The position numbers and the translations under genes were made by a program. Under the pieces are notes generated by a model. It had not been told where the DNA came from and did no database searches. It saw only the letters and a program-made list of their open reading frames with translations. Of a stretch of DNA of 64,000 bases, positions 46,309 to 54,087 are shown in pieces (the first letter of the stretch is position 1; each line of letters starts with the position of its first letter). The stretch is from Candidatus Thorarchaeota archaeon (GTDB lineage: Archaea; Asgardarchaeota; Thorarchaeia; Thorarchaeales; Thorarchaeaceae), in contig JAWOEX010000021.1 in NCBI GenBank assembly GCA_046482545.1, positions 160,001 to 224,000 of the forward strand, written 5' to 3'.

Positions 46309-48954
46309 TCAGACCAAGGGCTCGTATCCTCGATAGCCTTCTATGTCAACTTGTGTGTCGGTTCCAGCAAGTATCTGTCGAACGCTTTCCAATGCGCCCT
46401 GCTTGAATAGTGGACTGTTATTATTACCACATTGATAGGAATAAGTGCATAATGGGCAGCCATCTACTGTATCGCAATCACACTTATCCAAGATAGTTTC
46501 AGACCTTTTCAAAGCCTCTTGAAGTCTTGTAAACAGCAGCTTTGAAGCACCATTTCCTCCAGGACAACCATCGTAAACGAATATTATACCACTGTCGCCC
46601 ATAGATACACCGCCGATTTCTCTCGTGCTGCCTCCGGTTAACATATCGCTTGATTCTATCACTACATGCTCTAAAGCATGGAAAGCACCGCCGTAAAGTT
46701 CTCCTGGACCCATCTTGGGTCCTTCGGCATCTTTGAGTTCCCCGTATAGATATTCGTTCACAGCAGTATCTGGCTCTGGAGCAGCGAATGCAAAACCCTT
46801 TGTCCGATATGTGTAGACTAAAGGATCTTTCAAATGAATCATATCTAGTATATCGCCACTCCGAGTCGCTTTCTTAACATAGCCATCGACCGTCTGTTTC
46901 ATTTCTAGATTGCAATAGGCCACGTCCATTCCAAGTAAGTCTTGACATTCATTGATTTTCATGATTCGCGGCATTGTGACATACAACGGACGAGTGTAGA
47001 CATTTTTCTCATCACTTTGTACCACTCGAGCCCTACCCAGTCCCGAAGTGTATCGAAAGTCGACTGACTTGTAATTCTGCCCTCCATGGAGGTAAATTGC
47101 TCCTGGATGAAGCTCTTGCGCAGCCATCGGCATTGACCGACGGCCAATGGTCTTCTTCCCGGATTTGATTTGGACAGTATCACCAATTCCCCGAATGCTG
47201 TATCCCCTCCATTTTTTCCTAGCCTGTTCATAATCAACAACTCTTACCTTCCCATCATCATTCACAGAGAGAATGCCATCCTTTTCCAGTTCTTCGAGAA
47301 TTTCCTGTTGGCGCGGGAAATGAGAAACATGCAGTTTGCCACTCATAGCCGCAGCAATAAGCTGGAAATACCCCACAACCTCGTTATCGGGCTCCATATA
47401 AGCTGCATCGATATCGGTGAAATACTTGTCAGGCTGATGTCTATAGAAAGAGGAGATAGGATCATTGTCGCGAAGAGCTAAAACCGCTACACTCTCTTGT
47501 CCTTTCCTGCCGGCCCTCCCGATTCGCTGAGTTAGCCGTGTAATGGAAGTAATCACGCTTACAACGGAGTCGAGATCCCCAATATCCACACCAAGCTCGA
47601 GGGTTGGTGTTGATACTATAATTGGAAGGTCACCGGATTTGAAGTTCTCCTCAACATCATTTCTGTACTTCTTAGATAGGCCAGCCCTGTGTACCATCGA
47701 CTTGTGACCACTTTCGTTGATTAATATGTTAAGAAGCTCGGCTTCAGTATGGGTGTTGCCAAAAACCAGTGTTTTGAATTCGCCTTCTTGGAGCTTGTCA
47801 ACAATATCGACAATCATGGTGTATTTGCTTCTCTCGCCAGGATAATACATCATAAAGTGTATCGGCCCACGTTTGGCGCTTTCTGACGCAACCAGCTCAA
47901 CCTCTGTGTTGAATATGAGCTCAGCAAACTCTTTCGGGTTGGCAATTGTTGCTGACGCACCGATTTTCTGAAAATCCCCACAGGCGATAGCTAGCCGTTT
48001 CAGGATGTAGTACAGGTTTGCGCCCATTGAGCCAGAGTATAAGTGAATCTCATCTAGGACAACATAATCAACGGTTTCCAAGAGCGGCACTAAGCGAGAC
48101 CTTTTCCAGCCTAAATGATAATGTAAGATGTCAGGATTCGTCAAGAGAATATCAGGCGGATTTGAGTAAATTTTCCGTCTCTTATATTGCGAGACATCTC
48201 CATCAAATAGGGCTGCTGAAAGACCACATACCTCGCACATTGCCGAAATCTTCTCGAACTGGTCTCGGGCAAGTGCCTTTGTGGGATAAACAAGCAGGGT
48301 CCTCACACCGGGATTTACTACAGCCTCCCGAATGTTGATTAGCAGTTTCTTCATGATAGGAAGAATGAAGCCCTCTGTCTTCCCCTGTGCAGTAGGAGCA
48401 GAGATAACAACATCATGTCCACCCATGATGAGATCATAGCAGTCTTCTTGGAATTTGTAGAGCGTTTCTATTCCTTTGTCATTGAGAACACTCTTCAGAC
48501 GTATAGGAATCTTGAGATTTTCAATGGAAGAACCGTATTCAGCATCTGTGGCCTTCATGTACCTATACGTAACCAGATAATCATGCCCCCGACGTGCAAG
48601 CTCTTCCAAGCCCGACGGCAATTCATCAAGTTCAGCCCCACCGTTTTCGATTCTTTCTTGAATTTCTTCCAGAGATTGTACTCGCTCTTTGCGAGCTTTC
48701 CTTCTTCGCCGTGAAGAACCTCTCTTTGACCTTGTTCTTCTTTTCCATGACTTCCGTTTGGGTGTGGAACCTCCAATCTTCCCACTCTTGATAGCTTCAG
48801 AGTATGCCTCATACGCGTCAAAAAGATCGCCACCCTTGATACTGAGTTCTGCATTACAGTGACCGCATCGCACGGTCCAAATGCGGCCTTTTTGGTTGAT
48901 GACGAGCTTTGAACCGCATTTAAGACAGTGGAGCACGGGCATCGGCTTCAACAA
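46309..48954 (-). CDS. Hrq1/YprA-like SF2 helicase with DUF1998 Zn domain
   Basis: 'APTAQGKT', 'YPTKALARDQ', 'TNPDILH', 'LDEIH', 'SATIANP', 'TLELGVDIG', 'QRIGRAGR', 'CDC...GCPLC...CGNNN'. Confidence 0.88.
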   Translation of the reverse strand: MLKPMPVLHCLKCGSKLVINQKGRIWTVRCGHCNAELSIKGGDLFDAYEAYSEAIKSGKIGGSTPKRKSWKRRTRSKRGSSRRRRKARKERVQSLEEIQERIENGGAELDELPSGLEELARRGHDYLVTYRYMKATDAEYGSSIENLKIPIRLKSVLNDKGIETLYKFQEDCYDLIMGGHDVVISAPTAQGKTEGFILPIMKKLLINIREAVVNPGVRTLLVYPTKALARDQFEKISAMCEVCGLSAALFDGDVSQYKRRKIYSNPPDILLTNPDILHYHLGWKRSRLVPLLETVDYVVLDEIHLYSGSMGANLYYILKRLAIACGDFQKIGASATIANPKEFAELIFNTEVELVASESAKRGPIHFMMYYPGERSKYTMIVDIVDKLQEGEFKTLVFGNTHTEAELLNILINESGHKSMVHRAGLSKKYRNDVEENFKSGDLPIIVSTPTLELGVDIGDLDSVVSVITSITRLTQRIGRAGRKGQESVAVLALRDNDPISSFYRHQPDKYFTDIDAAYMEPDNEVVGYFQLIAAAMSGKLHVSHFPRQQEILEELEKDGILSVNDDGKVRVVDYEQARKKWRGYSIRGIGDTVQIKSGKKTIGRRSMPMAAQELHPGAIYLHGGQNYKSVDFRYTSGLGRARVVQSDEKNVYTRPLYVTMPRIMKINECQDLLGMDVAYCNLEMKQTVDGYVKKATRSGDILDMIHLKDPLVYTYRTKGFAFAAPEPDTAVNEYLYGELKDAEGPKMGPGELYGGAFHALEHVVIESSDMLTGGSTREIGGVSMGDSGIIFVYDGCPGGNGASKLLFTRLQEALKRSETILDKCDCDTVDGCPLCTYSYQCGNNNSPLFKQGALESVRQILAGTDTQVDIEGYRGYEPLV

Positions 48955-49295
48955 ATCCTCCAGAAAAGGCTAATTCAGGCCGCTTATCAAATTTTGGCAG
49001 TGTATTTAGCAAGGATAGGGAGTATCAAAGGAATGAGTGCACAATCTTGTTGGCGGATGGTTTATTGGAAGCACGGAAACAGTCGGTAACGAGGAATCTA
49101 ATACAATCGGCGTGTCAATCATCAAAAAGGTTATTGAAGGCCTAGCGGGTAGATTTCGATAGAAGGTAATGAAGAAGACCCGGAGACTCCAAGCGATTCT
49201 ACTCTTAACAGAGTCTCAAAATGTTGCGCTTTCACAATGGTTAAAAGCGGTTGTGCAAGTTGTTATCACAACCGATTCGTACCGGAGATAAAACA

Positions 49296-49655
49296 ATGGT
49301 CAAAGATATTAACTCAGATCAGATTCCAGAAATAATCGAAGATAATAAAGTCGTATTCGTCGACTGCCATGCTGTCTGGTGCCAACCTTGCAGGACATTA
49401 AGCCCGATACTGGAGAATATTCACGAGAAATATAACAGCAAAGGACTGAGGGTAGTCAAACTGGATGTAGATGAGAACCGTGACTTCAGCACCAAGAACC
49501 AAATCACCGGAGTGCCCAGTGTACTTGTCTATGCTGACGGGCAGCGTGTTGTATTTGACGACGGCAACGGTAACAAGATGGATAGGCTAGTTGGTGTAAT
49601 GCCAATGGAAGTCTATGATACGATAGCCAATGAGCTGCTCGGGGAAGCATCCTAA
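49296..49655 (+). CDS. Thioredoxin (WCQPC)
   Basis: 'VDCHAVWCQPC', 'KLDVDE', 'GVPS'. Confidence 0.88.
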   Translation: MVKDINSDQIPEIIEDNKVVFVDCHAVWCQPCRTLSPILENIHEKYNSKGLRVVKLDVDENRDFSTKNQITGVPSVLVYADGQRVVFDDGNGNKMDRLVGVMPMEVYDTIANELLGEAS

Positions 49656-49715
49656 GAATATGCCGCCAACAAGCTTGATTAGGGATAGCCAGATACGTCC
49701 GAGAAGGTGAATTGT

Positions 49716-50072
49716 ATGGTCAACGATGTAACGCCACAAGCAGTAGAGCAAGCAAAAAATGAAAACAAGGTAGTACTTGTCGATTGCTGGGCGCCATGGT
49801 GCGGCCCCTGCAAGGCTTTGGGGCCAATCCTAGATGAGCTTGAACAAGAGTACATGGATAACCCCGATGTGAAATTCCTTAAAGTAAATACGCAAGAATA
49901 CAGACAATTCGCAGTAGAGAATAACCTCGTGGCAATTCCTTGTGTACTCATCTACAAGAATGGAAAACTGGCAACCTACGAGGATCCCCATAGGGGCGAG
50001 AAAACAGATCGACTTGTGGGACTGCGGCCTGCTGAACAGTACGAGCAGGTAATAGACACCCTTCTTGAATAG
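49716..50072 (+). CDS. trxA: Thioredoxin (WCGPC)
   Basis: 'VDCWAPWCGPCK', 'AIPC'. Confidence 0.9.
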   Translation: MVNDVTPQAVEQAKNENKVVLVDCWAPWCGPCKALGPILDELEQEYMDNPDVKFLKVNTQEYRQFAVENNLVAIPCVLIYKNGKLATYEDPHRGEKTDRLVGLRPAEQYEQVIDTLLE

Positions 50073-50159
50073 TTACCTTCTTGGCTTACGACGCAGGTCA
50101 TAGGTTTATTAGACAGAAGAAATATTGCCAGAATAATCAATCTGTAGAGGTCCAAGAAG

Positions 50160-50684
50160 TTGCCTATTCTTCCCTTTGGAGACACAAAGCCTGATATTGA
50201 CCCAGAAGCATACATCAGCACACAAGCAACCATCGTAGGCGATGTGACGATTAGCGAAGGGGTAAGTGTTTGGCCTGGAGCTGTGATTCGTGGAGATCGC
50301 GCTTCAGTCAGCATTGAAGAAAACTCGTGTGTGCAAGATAGCGTCGTCATACACGCACATAACGAAGAGAATCCGGCTATGATTGGGAGCCACACTGCAA
50401 TTGGCTCCAGCTCAGTCTTGCACGGAGTTTACCTAGGGGACTCGGTTGATATTGGTGAAGCCTGTGTAGTTTTTGATGGAGCAACCTTGGGAGAGGGAGT
50501 GAAACTTGCGCCAGGTTCCATAGTACCCGAAAATGTGGTGATTCCACCACGGAGCCTGAATTCTGGCTCACCTGCCTCTCAAATCAGGGAATTATCTCAG
50601 AAGGATGTTGAACGGCAGAAGACAAATGCGAAAGTCATAAGTCAAGTGTTTCAGAAACTTCGAAAGTGGCAGTTCCAGCCATAG
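50160..50684 (+). CDS. Gamma-carbonic-anhydrase-like hexapeptide-repeat protein
   Basis: 'IVGDVTI...VWPGAVIRGD', 'QDSVVIH', 'LHG', 'IPPRSL..GSPA..IREL'. Confidence 0.85.
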   Translation: MPILPFGDTKPDIDPEAYISTQATIVGDVTISEGVSVWPGAVIRGDRASVSIEENSCVQDSVVIHAHNEENPAMIGSHTAIGSSSVLHGVYLGDSVDIGEACVVFDGATLGEGVKLAPGSIVPENVVIPPRSLNSGSPASQIRELSQKDVERQKTNAKVISQVFQKLRKWQFQP

Positions 50685-50685
50685 G

Positions 50686-51840
50686 TTATAGCGTCTCACG
50701 TGTCATACTTGTCAAACGCGAACAACCATCCGCGGTGATAAGGAGCATATCCGCAATCTTAGCAGTCCCTGCCGGTTCACTATAAAACGTGGGATGAGCT
50801 GAAAAAATCATGCCCTCTCGTAACGAGTATGTACTACTGGGCGCTATCTGAGGGGGTTCTCGCAAATCCAAACCAATCGATGAACCAAGAACCCGCCCCT
50901 CTTTTTCTGTATTGAAGATTCCCTCGATGCATCTGGTTGCAAGCTTGGAAATCCGTACATGAGGTGCCATTAGCTCTTCAAGATTTAATGATACATCTAG
51001 CACACTGTTGAATAATGCCTTTTCATCTGGGTCTGGGGTTCCTGTATGTAGTGTTCTAGATATCTCAGCAAAATAACCAGAGTGGCTTACAGTTATGTCG
51101 ATTAAAACAAGGTCGTCATCACCAATGCGCTCTGCACTGGGTCGTACAAAAGGAAATCTTCCATGTCTTCCGGATAGTACTGCCGCCCTGATACCTTTGA
51201 GCTGTCCACCAGATCCTCGCATTGCTGCCTCGATTTCAACCGAAGCATCCTCCTCTGTCTTTCCCGGTACCACAATTTCTAATGCTGTCCTCAACCCAAT
51301 TTCAGCTATTCTTGTTGCCGCTTTGATTGTCTCGATTTCAGAAGGATCCTTTATCTGACGCAATCGCCACAGGTTCTTAGAAAAATCACAGAAACCAGCT
51401 TCTGGGAGGGTCTTCTTTAGAAGATTAAATTCCATCACTGAGACCCAATCCTGCTGGAAGCCAATCATGCCATCTTCTACTCCCATGTCACAAATTTCTT
51501 TGATAGCCATTTTCCACATCTGAGGACTATGGGCCAAAAACCATTCTGGCGAACCACCATCAGGGAATGTAACTACTTTTGTCATCACCAAATCGAGAGA
51601 TGAAGCTTTCCTCTGTGTTTCGGAGACAATCAAATGGGGTTGGTGACCATCAACGACAACGCACGCAACAGGAAGATTGTGCTGTGGAGGTTGGTAACCA
51701 GTAAGGTACTGGATATCCGGCTTCCGGGTCACAATAATAGCATCGATTTCTTCCACCCTCATTGAACGATGAACTTTCTCTAGTCGTTGGGGAGTAAATT
51801 CCATGATTGAAACCTCTGAAAACTGTATGTATGATTCCAA
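50686..51840 (-). CDS. Aminopeptidase P (M24) fold protein, metal ligands degenerate
   Basis: Creatinase-N 'RLEKVHRSM...DAIIVT...IQYLTGY', 'LRQIKDPSEI', 'PGKTE', 'GYFAEISRT', 'LREGMIFS'; alternative start ATG 51804. Confidence 0.8.
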   Translation of the reverse strand: MESYIQFSEVSIMEFTPQRLEKVHRSMRVEEIDAIIVTRKPDIQYLTGYQPPQHNLPVACVVVDGHQPHLIVSETQRKASSLDLVMTKVVTFPDGGSPEWFLAHSPQMWKMAIKEICDMGVEDGMIGFQQDWVSVMEFNLLKKTLPEAGFCDFSKNLWRLRQIKDPSEIETIKAATRIAEIGLRTALEIVVPGKTEEDASVEIEAAMRGSGGQLKGIRAAVLSGRHGRFPFVRPSAERIGDDDLVLIDITVSHSGYFAEISRTLHTGTPDPDEKALFNSVLDVSLNLEELMAPHVRISKLATRCIEGIFNTEKEGRVLGSSIGLDLREPPQIAPSSTYSLREGMIFSAHPTFYSEPAGTAKIADMLLITADGCSRLTSMTRETL

Positions 51841-52418
51841 AAGCGGTCTTCGCGTTGACTCTAGTGTTTCCCTTTCTAAGGGGATTTAAGCCTATAGATA
51901 ATACCTTCTGGACTCTTTGTTGCAAGCTTGTAGACTCGTAGGTGGGAAGCCTTCAAATCTCCAATATCTTGCAGTTTGACCCAAGAACCATTGACTTCAA
52001 AGAAGGTACCAACGGTATACGCTCCTGAAATCAGTTATTCTTCCATGCTAAAAATCCTCAGAGGTCTTAGTCGTTTTGAATGAGCAACATTTTCAAACAT
52101 TGTTCAAGAAGAAGAGATTAACAAGAAAAATCTCAGGATATCTATTCATATGTGAATCGCTTCGATTTGTAAGAAAGGATGACTTAGGTACATTCAGCCT
52201 AACGCGATGAGTGGGAAATGGCTGATCCGGCCATACCTCGAAAACGCAAATCCTCAATCCTCCGGAATGCTCTTTTGGCGAGTCCGTGTAAACCGGTCAT
52301 CAGCAAGCTTTCTGAATTTGAGAATGCTTTTGATACAAAACAAGCTGGAAGTATTCTAGAGTATTGGCTCAAAAGGAAATGGTCAGAATCAACTCGACAA
52401 GAAAATTGAATAGTAGTA

Positions 52419-52528
52419 TGGCGGGACCGCCCGGATTCGAACCGGGGATTACCAACTCCGCAGGCTGGTGCCTTATTCTCCTCTTTCAGAAGATAATCCT
52501 CTGAAAGTCCAGGCTAGACTACGGCCCC
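52419..52528 (-). tRNA. tRNA-Arg(GCG) with 32-nt D-loop intron (about 52477-52508) and encoded CCA
   Basis: Acceptor GGGGCCG/CGGTCCC, D stem GTCT/AGGC, anticodon arm CCAGC-CTGCGGA-GTTGG, T arm CCCGG-TTCGAAT-CCGGG; 78 nt after intron removal. Confidence 0.93.
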
Positions 52529-52612
52529 TAGGTAAATCCATTGAGAGTTTCTTATAGACCCTTCGCTGGGGAGCTAGATGAAACTCCTGCTAAATAAGAA
52601 GAATTCAGGGAA

Positions 52613-52801
52613 TCAGGCAACGGGTGTTTCAACCGGATCGACAACGGCCTTTCCATTGCACTTAGTAACACGGAGCAGATACTCTGGGGTCTGGAGCAGA
52701 AAGCTTTCACCCTCCTCCAAGTACTGAAGAACCGAGTCGCCATCAGGATTGTTGAGCTGTTTGTCGTATTTTGATACGATTCTTTCTAATTGTGAACTCA
52801 T
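52613..52801 (-). CDS. Small hypothetical protein between the two tRNA-Arg genes
   Basis: 62-aa globular-looking ORF, GGTGG RBS-like element and AT-rich upstream promoter. Confidence 0.5.
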   Translation of the reverse strand: MSSQLERIVSKYDKQLNNPDGDSVLQYLEEGESFLLQTPEYLLRVTKCNGKAVVDPVETPVA

Positions 52802-52891
52802 TAAGGTCAACCACCCATATTGTGTGTTAGTATATTTCTCAGAGATATAAAGCCCGCTCGAATGCCATGAAAAGGAGATAAGTTAGAGTGA

Positions 52892-53001
52892 TGGCGGGAC
52901 CGCCCGGATTCGAACCGGGGATTACCAACTCCGGAGGCTGGTGCCTTATTCTCCTCTTTCAGAAGATAATCCTCTGAAAGTCCAGGCTAGACTACGGCCC
53001 C
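52892..53001 (-). tRNA. tRNA-Arg(CCG) with the identical 32-nt D-loop intron (about 52950-52981) and encoded CCA
   Basis: Same cloverleaf as 52419-52528; anticodon loop CTCCGGA. Confidence 0.93.
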
Positions 53002-53039
53002 ACCGTCTCACCTTCTCAAGACCTTAAAGCATTTACCAC

Positions 53040-53558
53040 CTATTGAACGATTTTACTTTTGTTGATGAGCCACCAAGCACCTTGTTTCCCGCTACGCAGT
53101 CCTTTCTCATATTCCAAGACCTGTGAACCGGTCTCTTTCTTAGCTGCTTCATTCAATCTATGAATTCGATCTAAGATGGTTCGGCGTTTTGATTCACTTC
53201 CAAGTAACTCTTGGGCAAGTTCGGGTGTAGTAGCCCCCTCATACTGAACAAAATGTGTCAATATCTTTCGATCTAACTCATCTCTGCATATGGTTTCATC
53301 TGCTATCGAGTTCAACTGGCCCCTATACACGCTCGTTGATTGTTGCTCCTCAAGATACTCTACCCGGGTTCGGAGTTCGTCAACTTCATCTACAAGCCTA
53401 TTGACAATGGGTGGAAAATCCTCATCTAGCTTGGAAAGAATAGCATCTCTAATGAAACGCTGGCGGCCGCGTTCACCAGCAGCCCGGTCTATCCTCTGTA
53501 GAAGGTCTGGACTAAGTCGTATTCTGATACTCACTTCATCTCGATTAGACGATGTCAT
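53040..53558 (-). CDS. RHH (CopG-like) + coiled coil + winged-helix regulator
   Basis: 'VSIRIRLSPDLLQRIDRAAG...RQRFIRDAI'; 'DELDRKILTHF...TTPELAQELL...RRTILDRIHRL...GAWWL'. Confidence 0.7.
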   Translation of the reverse strand: MTSSNRDEVSIRIRLSPDLLQRIDRAAGERGRQRFIRDAILSKLDEDFPPIVNRLVDEVDELRTRVEYLEEQQSTSVYRGQLNSIADETICRDELDRKILTHFVQYEGATTPELAQELLGSESKRRTILDRIHRLNEAAKKETGSQVLEYEKGLRSGKQGAWWLINKSKIVQ

Positions 53559-53678
53559 TCCGAAGTACCATCATTTTAGTAGACACATAGAGATACGGAG
53601 ATGTCTGGTTCTTCGTGTATTCGACACAGTTATAAAAACAGTTTCCCGGTCTGGACCGAAGCACTGCGGTGATGCAAA

Positions 53679-53972
53679 ATGGGCGATAAGGAGAAAGCTC
53701 TAGAAAGAAAAAGAGCAAGATTACGGAATAGGCAGAATCCTTCGGTTACAAATGAAAAGCAAGAGAAAAGACTACGCAGTGTGAACGCCAAGTACTGGAA
53801 AATCAAGAAGGAACGAGCCGAAAGAAAAGGCATTATCTTTGAAAGAGAAGCTCCAGAGAAAGAGCCTGAGATTGAGGAAGTTGAGGAAGAGAAGGAAGAA
53901 AGACTGGTTTCGGACGAAGATTTAGATGATCTTTACACCTATGATGAGGAAATTGAAGAAGAGGAAGAATAG
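53679..53972 (+). CDS. Small charged, probably disordered protein (basic N half, acidic C half)
   Basis: 97 aa; TATA-like TTATAAAA at about 53630. Confidence 0.55.
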   Translation: MGDKEKALERKRARLRNRQNPSVTNEKQEKRLRSVNAKYWKIKKERAERKGIIFEREAPEKEPEIEEVEEEKEERLVSDEDLDDLYTYDEEIEEEEE

Positions 53973-54087
53973 ATAACAAATTGATTGCTGACCGCAAATC
54001 TGCTTTCCGTGTTCTCTCAGCCAGTTTAAACACCTCGTTCAAATGAAACATCTTATGTAGGATAAGTGCAATGATGTAACTGGTTGA

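Larger units (their letters stand above)
52419..53001. repeat. 110-bp direct repeat (the two tRNA-Arg genes), 109/110 identical, period 473 bp
   Basis: Only mismatch is 52461 (c) vs 52934 (g), anticodon position 34. Confidence 0.9.

Noticed and set aside
49037-49162. 41-codon ORF ending 'TIGVSIIKKVIEGLAGRF', reminiscent of a histidine-kinase ATPase C-terminus
   Set aside because: Too short and lacks the G-box glycines; may be a relic but cannot be supported
51876-52046. Minus-strand protein-like frame 'MEE*LISGAYTVGTFFEVNGSWVKL...' downstream of tRNA-Arg(GCG), a possible decayed island
   Set aside because: Interrupted by TAA, no recognisable family, and no att-like partial tRNA repeat found
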